A DNA stretch of 61,889 nucleotides, filler included, from a bacterium (GCA_043817485.1; 8 parts of 8 records of this genome joined end to end with filler, not necessarily neighbours in it), one strand, 5' to 3'; positions 10,954-20,682 are shown, counted from the whole stretch's first letter. Program-made: numbers and translations. Notes: a model not told the origin generated them from the letters alone.

Positions 10954-11403
10954 GTGAATAGATTATCATGGGATCAATATTTTATGGAAATATGTTATTT
11001 AGTATCTAAAAGATCAACTTGTATTAGAAGAAATATTGGAGCAGTTTTAGTTAAAGACAAAAGAATTTTATCTACGGGATATAATGGTGCACCTTCAAAA
11101 ATAGAACATTGTTGTGATAGAGGATGTCTACGACAAAAATTAAATATTCTTTCAGGAGAAAAACATGAACTTTGTAGAGGTCTGCATGCAGAACAAAATG
11201 CTATTATTCAAGCAGGACTTTATGGAATTAATATAAAAAATTCTATTTTATATTGTACTCATCAGCCTTGTATTGTTTGTGCTAAAATGATTATAAATGT
11301 TGGAATTGAAAAAATAATATTTGAAGGAAATTATCCCGATAATTTATCATTAGAAATATTAAAAGAGGCAAATATTGAATTGGTTTTATTTAAAAAACAA
11401 TAA
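10954..11403 (+). CDS. dCMP deaminase family protein (ComEB-like)
   Basis: RSTC, GYNG, HAEQNA and PCIVC zinc-binding motifs. Confidence 0.92.
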   Translation: MNRLSWDQYFMEICYLVSKRSTCIRRNIGAVLVKDKRILSTGYNGAPSKIEHCCDRGCLRQKLNILSGEKHELCRGLHAEQNAIIQAGLYGINIKNSILYCTHQPCIVCAKMIINVGIEKIIFEGNYPDNLSLEILKEANIELVLFKKQ

Positions 11404-11767
11404 AGGCGTTACTTTAATTGAGCTATGAATAGTTGTTGCAATTATAGGAATACTTATGTGTTTTGTAATTCCTCAATACCAAAGAATGAAAAAATTGTTG
11501 GCTGTAGATGCTTGTTATGAGGTAATAGAAAAACTTGAAAATGCAAGAAAAAATTATAATAACAATGAAGATGTTAGTTTTGATGAACAATTTGTAGAAA
11601 TTGGTGCTGAAGTAAATCAACAAGAATTAATAAGTAAAGGATATTTAGATAAAATTTATATTTGTCCAGGAGCAAATCCTGAAAATATAACCAATCAAAG
11701 TACTGCTATTTATAGATTTGATCAAGATTTAAAAATATATTGTAGATTTCATGGAAGGCCTCATTAA
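11375..11767 (+). pseudogene. Type IV prepilin-like protein with an in-frame TGA at codon 18 (11426-11428)
   Basis: TTG start after AGAGG gives [32 protein letters not shown], in frame with the 11456 ORF; C-terminal CP...C-x-x-HG. Confidence 0.75.
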
Positions 11768-11819
11768 GTAATTTTATTCGCGATAAATAGCAATTTTTTT
11801 TACAAGAAAAGGAATATTT

Positions 11820-12386
11820 ATGAAACAAACACAATATAAAAGAAAACAAATATTTGTAGATAAAAATAGTCAATTACGATTTGTAAGTATTATTTTGTTT
11901 TTGTTATTAATAAATATGATTGTTGGCTGGACAGTCTATTATACTATATGGGATATTATATCTAATAAAGTAATAAGTCAATCTAATGAAAATAGAGCAT
12001 TTTTTAGTTTCATCTTTGATTTGACAAATTCTATGTTAATAATAAGAGGTATATTTTTATTTATTTTAACTATTTTAATATCTATTTATATTTCTCATAA
12101 AATATTTGGGCCTGTTTATAGAATAAAAAAAACAATAAATGATATTGGACATGGAGATCTTTCAAAAAAAATAAAATTAAGAAAATTTGATGAATTAAAA
12201 GATTTAGTTGAAGTAATAAATCAAATGATTCAAAATCAAAATGAATTAGTAAGTCAACAAATTTTTTTAATCAATAAAATATCTGATATAATTATTAAAA
12301 TGAAAAATAAAGAAATAAATAATTTAGATGAATTAGAAAAAACAGTAAATGAATTACAAGAAATAATTAAAAAATATAAAGTATAG
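11820..12386 (+). CDS. HAMP-domain membrane protein
   Basis: Two TM helices, then SHKIFGPVYRI...GDLSKKIKLRKFDELKDL. Confidence 0.8.
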   Translation: MKQTQYKRKQIFVDKNSQLRFVSIILFLLLINMIVGWTVYYTIWDIISNKVISQSNENRAFFSFIFDLTNSMLIIRGIFLFILTILISIYISHKIFGPVYRIKKTINDIGHGDLSKKIKLRKFDELKDLVEVINQMIQNQNELVSQQIFLINKISDIIIKMKNKEINNLDELEKTVNELQEIIKKYKV

Positions 12387-12400
12387 GAAGAATACCATAA

Positions 12401-12561
12401 AGAATAGAATACAGGAGTCAGAATTCAGAATGAAATTTTGAATTGAAGAATTCCACCCCCTGTCCTAACGGACAACCCCCGCCAGCGGGGGACATTGGGA
12501 ATTTTAATATACTTTTTTGTAGAATTTATTTTCTAACTTTCGCCAGCGGGGGACATTGGGA
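12401..12561 (+). repeat. Composite of heptamer ladder and GC-rich double-hairpin REP (family R1), plus a duplicated half copy at 12541-12561
   Basis: GAATACAGGAGTCAGAATTCAGAATG then CCACCCCCTGTCCTAACGGACAACCCCCGCCAGCGGGGGACA; the unit recurs at 12876-12922, 20348-20395 and 23137-23216. Confidence 0.85.
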
Positions 12562-12567
12562 GCATGA

Positions 12568-12660
12568 AGGAAATAATTAATATTTCACGCCTATGTTGTA
12601 AATTGTCATCTCGACCGAAGGGAGAGATCTATATAAATATAATTAAAAATTAGGAATTAT
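12568..12660 (+). repeat. About 95-bp dispersed repeat (family R3)
   Basis: Matches the reverse complement of 5398-5497. Confidence 0.75.
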
Positions 12661-12748
12661 ATCTGCAAAATTTGTCCTTGCTAATATACAAAGAGAATTT
12701 AAAATACAAGATAAAATACAGAAAATTTTTGTTATAAAAGGAATTTAT

Positions 12749-13186
12749 ATGAAAATTGAAGAAATTGCAAAAAAATTATATTTATATACTAAATTGCATT
12801 CAAAATGATAACAAGGCGGCAAGGAGAAGGCGACAAATATAACTTGTGCGAACACGTAGACAGAAAAATGTATTAAAGAATTCCACCCCTGTCCTAACGG
12901 ACACCCCCGCCAGCGGGGGACATAAGAAGCCAACACAGTTAGCATTTGAATGCGACTTGGTATTAGTGCTGCAATTATTAGCATTGGATTATGTTATATG
13001 GAAAAGGAAGAAGTAAATAAACGATGTAATGAATTTTATAAAAAATTTATTGAAAAGTATAAAAATACTTGTTGTCGAGGATTAACTAAACAATGGAAAG
13101 ATAATTTTGCAATTTCTGAAAGAAAAAATTTTTGTGCAAAAATAATTCAAGAAATGATAATAGAACTTGAAAAAATATTAAAATAG
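12749..13186 (+). pseudogene. C_GCAxxG_C_C-family (putative redox) protein interrupted by MITE M1
   Basis: RBS-ATG MKIEEIAKKLYL, then the MITE, then SAAIISIGL...FYKKFIEKYKNTCCRGL...CAKII; the expected central Cys segments are missing. Confidence 0.6.
12787..12962 (+). mobile_element. TA-bounded MITE M1 carrying an R1 REP
   Basis: 18-bp imperfect TIR: TACTAAATTGCATTCAAA and TTTGAATGCGACTTGGTA (3 mismatches). Confidence 0.85.
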
Positions 13187-13194
13187 GAGTAAAA

Positions 13195-14796
13195 ATGAAC
13201 TCTTTTAAAGAAAAATTACAAAATAAATTTGTAATAACTTGTGAATTTGTTCCTGGAAGAGGATCAAAAGAAAAAAGCATTGATGAAGTAATAGAATTTG
13301 CAAAACAAGCAAAAGAAAAAAAATTACCAATTGATGCTATTAGTATTACTGATAATCCAGGTGGAAATCCAGCTATTAGTCCTGATGTTTTAGGAAAAGA
13401 ACTTTTAGATATTGGAATTGAGCCACTAATTCATTTTTCTTGTGCTAATAATAATAGAAATTTCATAGAATCACGTGCTTATGCTTTAGCTCGTCAAGGC
13501 ATTAATAATTTATTAGTAGTTACTGGAGATTATCCTACAAGCGGTTATAAAGGAATGGCTAAACCAAGTTTTGATATGGATTCTGTTCAATTAATTGAAT
13601 ATTTAAAACAAATGAATAATGGATTAAAAATTCCAAGTTTTAAAAAAGATTTTGAAATACTTTCTCCAACAAATTTTGTAATTGGTTGTGCAGTATCTCC
13701 TTTTAAAAAAACAGAAGCAGAACTTTTAACACAATTTTTTAAATTAGAAAAAAAAATAAAATCTGGAGCTGATTTTATTATTCCACAATTAGGATATGAT
13801 TTTATAAAAATTATGGAAATAATAAAATACCTAAAATATAAAAATATAAATTTACCTATTTTAGGAAATGTCTATGTAATGACTTTATCTGTTGCTAAAT
13901 TGATGAATAAAAATTTTATTCCTGGATGTATAATTACAGATGAATTTTTGAAAAAATTAACTGAAGAATCAAAATCAAGCGATAAAGGAAAAAATGCAAA
14001 ATTAGAAAGAGCTTCACAAATGGTAGCAATATTTAAAGGATTAGGATTTAATGGTGTTCATATTGGAGGTTTTGGCTTAAAAATATCTGATATAGAATTT
14101 ATACTTTCCAGATCTAAAGAAATAGAAAATTCTTGGCAAAATTATCTTGAAAATTTTCAATATAATCAACAAAATGAATTTTATTTATTTTCAAAAGATT
14201 TTTCATCTGGAAGTCCCAAAAATACCCCGTCTCTTGAAACAGGAATGAATTGTCACAATCCCTTGCAGAGAAAATCTCCCGCTATTTATGAAAAGGAAAA
14301 TTCATTAGAAAAATTAAAATTAAATAAAAAAACAAAGTTTAAAAAATCTATTTGTTTTCAAATGATGAAAATATTTCATAACTTAATGTTTGAATCTATA
14401 GGTTTATATATTGGCAAAAAAATTTCTCCTATTTTAGAAAAAAATAAATTTTTATATAAAATTAGCTATTGTTTAGAAAAAATTTCCAAACAAATTCTTT
14501 TTGATTGTCAAGAATGTGGTGATTGTGCTCTTCCAGATACTGCATATTTTTGTCCAATGTCGCAATGTGCTAAATTTCAAAGAAATGGACCCTGTGGTGG
14601 TAGTTATCACGGATTTTGTGAAGTTCATAAAGAAAAAAGATGTGTTTGGACTTTAATTTATGAACGGCTTTCTGCAGAAAATAAATTATCTCTTATAGAA
14701 AAAGAAATTATTCCTCCACCAAATGTTTCTTTATCTCATACTTCTTCTTGGACAAATTTTTTTATGGAAAAAGATCATACAAGTAAAAAAAATTAA
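13195..14796 (+). CDS. metF: Methylenetetrahydrofolate reductase-family protein fused to a C-terminal Cys-rich MTHFR_C (MetV-like) domain; carries an in-frame P1 insert
   Basis: ITDNPGG, LLVVTGD, KIKSGADFIIPQLGYD, then CQECGDC...CPMSQCAKFQRNGPCGGS...CEV...CVW. Confidence 0.85.
   Translation: MNSFKEKLQNKFVITCEFVPGRGSKEKSIDEVIEFAKQAKEKKLPIDAISITDNPGGNPAISPDVLGKELLDIGIEPLIHFSCANNNRNFIESRAYALARQGINNLLVVTGDYPTSGYKGMAKPSFDMDSVQLIEYLKQMNNGLKIPSFKKDFEILSPTNFVIGCAVSPFKKTEAELLTQFFKLEKKIKSGADFIIPQLGYDFIKIMEIIKYLKYKNINLPILGNVYVMTLSVAKLMNKNFIPGCIITDEFLKKLTEESKSSDKGKNAKLERASQMVAIFKGLGFNGVHIGGFGLKISDIEFILSRSKEIENSWQNYLENFQYNQQNEFYLFSKDFSSGSPKNTPSLETGMNCHNPLQRKSPAIYEKENSLEKLKLNKKTKFKKSICFQMMKIFHNLMFESIGLYIGKKISPILEKNKFLYKISYCLEKISKQILFDCQECGDCALPDTAYFCPMSQCAKFQRNGPCGGSYHGFCEVHKEKRCVWTLIYERLSAENKLSLIEKEIIPPPNVSLSHTSSWTNFFMEKDHTSKKN
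14207..14305 (+). mobile_element. P1 element copy C, 99 bp, in frame inside metF
   Basis: Reads SGSPKNTPSLETGMNCHNPLQRKSPAIYEKENSL; aligns to 42936-43046 with a single 12-bp deletion. Confidence 0.88.
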
Positions 14797-14862
14797 AAAG
14801 TTAATTAATTTGTGATTACACAAAATTGTAGACTTAAAACAATAGGTTTAAAATTTTTTTAA

Positions 14863-15720
14863 ATGAATAAAATAAATAAATTACAAGAAATTTTAAAAAA
14901 CATGAAAAGTGTTTTAATTGCTTATTCAGGTGGAGTTGATTCAACTTTTTTACTTAAAATAGCAAAAGATGTACTTAAAGAAAATGTTTTTGCTGTAATT
15001 GCTAAATCAGAAACATATCCTGAAAGAGAATATAAAGAAGCTATAAAATTAGTTAAAAATTTAAAAGTTGAGTATTTAACTATTACTACTAAAGAACTAT
15101 TAAATCAAAATTTTTTTACTAATTCTCAAGAAAGATGTTATTATTGCAAAAAAGAACTATTTACAAAACTTAAACAAATTGCTTTTGAAAAAAATATAAA
15201 TTATGTTATAGATGGAACAAATTATGATGATACTAAAGATTTTAGACCTGGTGTAAAAGCAATCTGTGAATTAGGAATACAAAGTCCTTTGAAAGAAACT
15301 GGTTTTACAAAAAAAGAAATTCGTTTATTATCTCAAAAAATGAATCTTTCAACGTGGAATAAACCAAGTTTTGCTTGTCTTGCTTCACGAATTCCTTATG
15401 GAGAAAAAATTACAGAAGAAAAACTCGCAATGATAGAGAAAGCAGAATCTTATTTATGCAAATTAGGTTTTAAACAAGTAAGAATTAGACATCATAATAA
15501 TATTGCAAGAATAGAAGTTTTTCCAGAAGAAATACCAAATTTCATTATTTCCAGTGTTTATGAAAAAATTGTTCAAAAATTAAAAAAAATTGGGTATAAA
15601 TATATAACATTAGATTTAGAAGGTTATCGAACTGGAAGTATGAACGAAGTTTTAAAAAACGATGTATTGAAAAACAAAATTTTAAAAAAACGAAGTTTTA
15701 GAAAAGGAAAAAATGGGTAA
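14863..15720 (+). CDS. larE: ATP-dependent sacrificial sulfur transferase LarE family
   Basis: PP-loop AYSGGVDS, RCYYCK, DFRPG, ACLASRIPYG, GYRTGSMN. Confidence 0.9.
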   Translation: MNKINKLQEILKNMKSVLIAYSGGVDSTFLLKIAKDVLKENVFAVIAKSETYPEREYKEAIKLVKNLKVEYLTITTKELLNQNFFTNSQERCYYCKKELFTKLKQIAFEKNINYVIDGTNYDDTKDFRPGVKAICELGIQSPLKETGFTKKEIRLLSQKMNLSTWNKPSFACLASRIPYGEKITEEKLAMIEKAESYLCKLGFKQVRIRHHNNIARIEVFPEEIPNFIISSVYEKIVQKLKKIGYKYITLDLEGYRTGSMNEVLKNDVLKNKILKKRSFRKGKNG

Positions 15721-16474
15721 AATTTTAGTTATTGCTAATCAAAAAGGTGGTGTTGGAAAAACTACCACTGCTATAAATCTTTCAGCAGGGCTTGCTTTAC
15801 AAGGACAAAAAGTCCTTTTAATAGATGTAGATCCTCAAGGAAATACAACAAGTGGGTTAGGTTTTGACCATGACAAAATAACAAATACTATTTATCATTT
15901 TTTTTTAAATCAAAAAAATATAAAAGAAATTATTTTATCTACTGCTTTAAAAAATCTTTATTTAATAGCTTCTAATATGGATTTAATTGGAATTGAAGTT
16001 GAATTAGTTAATTTTCCACAAAAAGAAATGATATTAAAAAATGCTTTACAAGAGATAAAAAATGAGTATAATTATATTATTTTGGATTGTCCACCTTCTT
16101 TAAATTTACTTACAATAAATGCTTTAAGTGCAGCATCTGGAATTATTATTCCAGTACAATGTGAATATTATGCTTTAGAAGGAATAAGTCAATTGCTTAA
16201 AATAATTAATTTAATTCAACAAAATTTTAATCCATTATTAGTCATAGAAGGGCTTCTTTTAACAATGTATGATTCAAGAACTAATCTTTCTATACAAATT
16301 GTAAAAGAAATTAGAGAATATTTTGGAGATAAAGTATTTAAAACAATTATTCCTCGAAATGTTCGTATAAGTGAATCTCCAAGTTTTGGACAACCAGTAA
16401 TACTTTATGACAAAAATTCTGCTGGTGCACAAACTTATTTAAATTTTGCTAAAGAGGTATTAAAAAATGAATAA
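15713..16474 (+). CDS. parA: Chromosome partitioning ATPase ParA/Soj
   Basis: NQKGGVGKTTT, DPQGN, DCPPSL, IPRNVRISESPS. Confidence 0.95.
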   Translation: MGKILVIANQKGGVGKTTTAINLSAGLALQGQKVLLIDVDPQGNTTSGLGFDHDKITNTIYHFFLNQKNIKEIILSTALKNLYLIASNMDLIGIEVELVNFPQKEMILKNALQEIKNEYNYIILDCPPSLNLLTINALSAASGIIIPVQCEYYALEGISQLLKIINLIQQNFNPLLVIEGLLLTMYDSRTNLSIQIVKEIREYFGDKVFKTIIPRNVRISESPSFGQPVILYDKNSAGAQTYLNFAKEVLKNE

Positions 16475-17312
16475 ACAAGTTTTAGGAAAGGGATTAAAAG
16501 CATTAATTCCTGATAAATTTCAAATAGAAAAAACAGAAGTAATGGAAATAGAAATAGAAAAAATTTTTCCAAATCCATTACAACCACGAACAGAGTTTTC
16601 ACAAGAAAAATTAAAAGAATTAGCAAATTCTATTAAAGAAAAAGGAATAATTCAACCTATTATTGTAAAACCTAAAGATCAAGGAACTTTTGAAATAATT
16701 GCAGGAGAAAGACGATTTAGAGCAACCAAAAGTTTAGGAATAAAAAAAATTCCAGTTTTAGTTAAACATGTCCAGCAAGAAGAAGCTTTAGAAATATCTT
16801 TAATAGAAAATATTCAAAGAGAAGAATTAAATTTAATTGATGAAGCAGAAGCATATAAAACATTAATGGAAAAATTTGGGTTAACTCAAGAAAAAATGGC
16901 TGAAAAAGTAGGTAAAGATAGGGCATCTGTTGCAAATATTCTTCGTTTATTAAAACTTCCTCAAGAAATTAAAAAATATTTAGCAAAAGGTAAAATTTCT
17001 TTTGGACATGCGAGAGCATTATTAAGTTTAGATAATAATCAACAAATATTACTTTGTCAAAAAATAATTGAAAAAGGACTTTCTGTAAGAGAAACAGAAG
17101 AAATAATTAAAAAATTATCTATTTCTGTAGAAAAAAAAATAATAGTTTCTAAAGATTTAGAAATTATGAATATTGAAAATAAATTAAGAGAATTATTTGG
17201 AACAAAAGCAGAAATAAAGAAAAAAGGAAATAAAGGGAAAATTGAAATAAAATTTTCTTCTGAAGAAGAATTAATAAGAATTATTGAAGTAATGAATATT
17301 TCGATAGATTAA
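16467..17312 (+). CDS. parB: Chromosome partitioning protein ParB/Spo0J
   Basis: LGKGLKALI, NPLQPR, IIAGERRFRA, ENIQRE, HTH. Confidence 0.95.
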   Translation: MNKQVLGKGLKALIPDKFQIEKTEVMEIEIEKIFPNPLQPRTEFSQEKLKELANSIKEKGIIQPIIVKPKDQGTFEIIAGERRFRATKSLGIKKIPVLVKHVQQEEALEISLIENIQREELNLIDEAEAYKTLMEKFGLTQEKMAEKVGKDRASVANILRLLKLPQEIKKYLAKGKISFGHARALLSLDNNQQILLCQKIIEKGLSVRETEEIIKKLSISVEKKIIVSKDLEIMNIENKLRELFGTKAEIKKKGNKGKIEIKFSSEEELIRIIEVMNISID

Positions 17313-17457
17313 AGAGATAGGAATAATAAATTTGAAATATTCGAATGACAAAAATATGAATGTTTCAAATAAATGGTAAATTGGAAATTGAAAATAAATA
17401 CAAATAATCAAAAAATGAGAATTGAATTTTGAAAATTCGTAGGGGGGCAATTCATGC

Positions 17458-17573
17458 AGACTGTGTCATAATTCAATTTCACGGCAATTGTTTTACAACA
17501 TAAAGGGTAGGTTTCCACAAAACCACAATATGTTGTGGTATGGATGTCTAGATTTAGAGTTATGACACAGTCT
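17458..17573. mobile_element. 116-bp MITE with perfect 14-bp TIR (family M2)
   Basis: AGACTGTGTCATAA...TTATGACACAGTCT; left flank is half of a GTAG-type REP (GTAGGGGGGCAATTCATG). Confidence 0.75.
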
Positions 17574-17646
17574 CATAGATGATCATTTTAAAAATATATC
17601 TACGAATAGAGTTATGTCTTTATATATAATATGATGAGGTGCTGGT

Positions 17647-17746
17647 NNNNNNNNNNNNNNNNNNNNNNNNNNNNNNNNNNNNNNNNNNNNTTAATTAATT
17701 AANNNNNNNNNNNNNNNNNNNNNNNNNNNNNNNNNNNNNNNNNNNN
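17647..17746. other. Artificial contig linker
   Basis: N44-TTAATTAATTAA-N44. Confidence 0.98.
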
Positions 17747-17747
17747 G

Positions 17748-18551
17748 AAAATAAAAAAAATTAAACAATATCTTAAAAATTATTATTTTATCATAAAAAT
17801 TTACCAATTATATATAACAATAAAATTTATAATAATTTCCTTATGGGAAAAATGGTATTTAAAAAAAACATCTTATTTAACTCGTGTTAATTTACGATAT
17901 CGAGTTCATGGTTGTATGAATTTGAAAAATTTTTTAGAAGTAGGTAAAAAATGTGCTCAAGATATAGAATCTGAACTTTTAAAAATAAATAAAAAAATAG
18001 ATTCTTTTGAAAAAATTTTAGATTTTGGTTGTGGATGTGGTAGAATATTAAATTATTTTAAAAATACTTCAGCCACTCTTTATGGCACAGATATTGATAA
18101 AAAAGCAATAAAATGGTGTTCACAACATTTACCTTTTGCAGAATTTAATTCTAATAATGCTTTACCTTGTTTAAAATATTCTTCTAATATGTTTGATTTT
18201 ATATATGCTATATCTATATTTACTCATTTGAATAAAGAATATCAATTATTATGGTTAAGAGAATTTCAAAGAATAATTAAACCACAAGGAATTCTTATTT
18301 TAAGTATTCATGGAGAATATTGCTTTCAAAATCTTTCAAAAATACAAAAAGAAAATCTTGAAAAACAAGGAACAATTTTTGTAATTACAAATGTAGTAAA
18401 TAATATATTTCCAAAATGGTATCAAACATCTTACCATACTAAAAAATATATTTTCAACGAATTTGGTAAATATTTTAAAATATTAAATTATGTTGATCAA
18501 GGATTAAATAATCATCAAGATATGGTGATTTTACAAAACGATAAAAAATAA
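17748..18551 (+). CDS. Class I SAM-dependent methyltransferase; frame open back to the contig edge
   Basis: LRYRVHG, ILDFGCGCGR, FDFIYAISIFTH. Confidence 0.85.
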   Translation, partial: KIKKIKQYLKNYYFIIKIYQLYITIKFIIISLWEKWYLKKTSYLTRVNLRYRVHGCMNLKNFLEVGKKCAQDIESELLKINKKIDSFEKILDFGCGCGRILNYFKNTSATLYGTDIDKKAIKWCSQHLPFAEFNSNNALPCLKYSSNMFDFIYAISIFTHLNKEYQLLWLREFQRIIKPQGILILSIHGEYCFQNLSKIQKENLEKQGTIFVITNVVNNIFPKWYQTSYHTKKYIFNEFGKYFKILNYVDQGLNNHQDMVILQNDKK

Positions 18552-18591
18552 AATGCTATATTTTTGTCAATAATAATTATCAAATGTTTTC

Positions 18592-20283
18592 TTATTCTTG
18601 AATAGTTATTCTCATTACTTCTTCTAAACTAACTATTCCTTGTTTTGCTCTATATAAAGCATTTTGAAACATTGATACCATTTTATTTTTCCTAGTAAGT
18701 TCTTTCATTTCTTGAAAAGAAAATCCAGAAGATATTAATTCTCTCATTTCTCTAGTAATAATTAATTTTTCATAAACTGCTATTCTTCCTTTATATCCAG
18801 TTTTATCACAAGAAGAACAACCAGTGCCTACAAAAAATTTTAAATTTTCTATTTCTGCTTCATCTTTAATACCTAATTGATATAATAAATCTTTAGGATA
18901 TTTTTTTTCTTCTTTACAATTTAAACATATTTTTCTAAGCAATCGTTGAGCAATAATCATTCTTAAAGCAGAAGATAAAAGATATGGTTCTATTTTCATA
19001 TTTATTAAACGAACAATAGCACTTATAGCATCATTAGCATGTAGACAACTTAAAATAAGATGGCCTGTAATAGCACCTTTTACAGCAATTTGTGCTGTTT
19101 CAGAATCTCTTATTTCTCCAATCATCATTACATCTGGATTTTGCCTAAAAAAATTTTTTAATGAATTAGAAAAAAGTAATCCAGCTTTAACATTTATTTG
19201 TAATTGATTAATTCCTTTTATTTGAAATTCAACTGGATCTTCTGCAGTAATAATATTTATAGTAGGTGAATTTATTTTTTCTATTAAAGAATAAAGAGTA
19301 GTTGTTTTCCCAGATCCTGAAGGACCAACAGCTAAAATTAAACCAACAGGTATTTTTAGTTTTTCTTCAATTAAATCTACATCCTCCTGAAAAAATCCTA
19401 ATGATTTTAAATCTAAAGATACTCTACTTTTGTCAGAAATTCTTAAAACTATTTTTTCACCATAAATAACAGGAATTGATGAAACTCTAATATCTATTAT
19501 TTTATTACTTATTTTTAATCTAATTCTACCATCTTGGGGTAATCTCATTTCTGCTATATCTAAATCAGCCATAACTTTTATTCGAGAAATAAAAGCTCGC
19601 TTTGAAGAAATTGGCAAAAAGAATTCTTCTCGAAGTATTCCGTCAATTCTATATCTTACACGAAATGATTGATCATAAGGCTCCATATGAACATCAGTTG
19701 CTCCTTTTAACACAGCACCATGAATTATTTGATTAATTACTTTAACTACAGGGCATTCTTTAACACTTTTTTTTAATTCTTCAAGATTTACTTCTTCTTT
19801 TTCTACTACTGAAACTTCATCTGTAAAAGATAAAGTAAATTCCCATTCTTTTTCTTTTGTATAAAATTTTTCTATAGACTTTAAAATAGAAAATTCAGAA
19901 CATATAATTTGTTGAATTTCATAACCCGTCATAAATTTTATTTTTTCAATTACTTCTAAATCTAAAGGATTAGTCATTGCTATAGTTAAAACATTCTTTC
20001 TTTTATCAATTGGAATAATTTTATACTTTTTGCATGTTTCTTCTGAAATTTCTTTTAAAAGAGAAAGATTTATATCATATCTATTTAAATCAATTGAAGG
20101 AAAACCACTAAATTTACTTAAAAGAGGATTTATTCTATCTTCTCCAATAAAACCAAGTTTAACTAAATTATAATCAACGCTTCCACCACTTTTATTCATT
20201 TCTTTAATAGCATCTTGAAGTTGTTGTGATGTGATTTCCTTTGCATCTATTAAAAGTTCACCTATGTTTTCTAAAAATTTCAT
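18592..20283 (-). CDS. pilB: Type IV pilus / T2SS assembly ATPase (PilB/GspE)
   Basis: MshEN-like N-terminus (IGELLI), RLPQDGRI, GPSGSGKTTT, EDPVE, GEIRD, tetra-Cys motif. Confidence 0.88.
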   Translation of the reverse strand: MKFLENIGELLIDAKEITSQQLQDAIKEMNKSGGSVDYNLVKLGFIGEDRINPLLSKFSGFPSIDLNRYDINLSLLKEISEETCKKYKIIPIDKRKNVLTIAMTNPLDLEVIEKIKFMTGYEIQQIICSEFSILKSIEKFYTKEKEWEFTLSFTDEVSVVEKEEVNLEELKKSVKECPVVKVINQIIHGAVLKGATDVHMEPYDQSFRVRYRIDGILREEFFLPISSKRAFISRIKVMADLDIAEMRLPQDGRIRLKISNKIIDIRVSSIPVIYGEKIVLRISDKSRVSLDLKSLGFFQEDVDLIEEKLKIPVGLILAVGPSGSGKTTTLYSLIEKINSPTINIITAEDPVEFQIKGINQLQINVKAGLLFSNSLKNFFRQNPDVMMIGEIRDSETAQIAVKGAITGHLILSCLHANDAISAIVRLINMKIEPYLLSSALRMIIAQRLLRKICLNCKEEKKYPKDLLYQLGIKDEAEIENLKFFVGTGCSSCDKTGYKGRIAVYEKLIITREMRELISSGFSFQEMKELTRKNKMVSMFQNALYRAKQGIVSLEEVMRITIQE

Positions 20284-20293
20284 TAAAACCTCT

Positions 20294-20450
20294 TAATTGA
20301 AATTGCATTTAAACACTAACTGTATTGGTTTTGTCATCGGCTTTTTATGTCCCCCGCTGGCGGGGGTGTCCGTTAGGACAGGGGGTGGAATTCTTTAATA
20401 CATTTCCATTACCTTCTATCCACCTTGTTATCATTTTAAATGCAACTGTA
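20294..20450 (-). mobile_element. MITE M1, reverse orientation, carrying an R1 REP, directly upstream of the pilB RBS
   Basis: AATTGCATTTAAACACTAACTGTATTGG...CCTTGTTATCATTTTAAATGCAAC matches the reverse complement of 12787-12962. Confidence 0.8.
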
Positions 20451-20596
20451 TTATTTAATTTTACTAAATAAATAATAAAACTCAAATTTCAAAAAAAAAT
20501 ACCTTACTATTATTTAATTTTTATAATAGAAAGGTATTTTTACAAAAACAATTGCAATAATATTATAACAAACATTTTACAAAATTCTAAATTAAA

Positions 20597-20682
20597 TGGT
20601 GGGGAGAGAAGGATTTGAACCTTCGAAGACATTTGCCAGCAGATTTACAGTCTGCCCCCTTTGGCCGCTAGGGTATCTCCCC
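20597..20682 (-). tRNA. tRNA-Tyr(GTA)
   Basis: GGGGAGATACCCTAGCGGCCAAAGGGGGCAGACTGTAAATCTGC...GGTTCAAATCCTTCTCTCCCCACCA; long variable arm; CCA encoded. Confidence 0.97.

Noticed and set aside
11426-11428. TGA recoding (code 4/25 or selenocysteine)
   Set aside because: TGA terminates yicC and cysS at expected positions, and the site is a hydrophobic helix position
12446-12922. Recurring GC-rich units as a possible CRISPR array
   Set aside because: Irregular spacing, dispersed inverted copies and no cas genes; they behave as REPs
15713-17646. parS site or replication origin near parAB
   Set aside because: No TGTTTCACGTGAAACA-like palindrome or DnaA-box cluster found by eye
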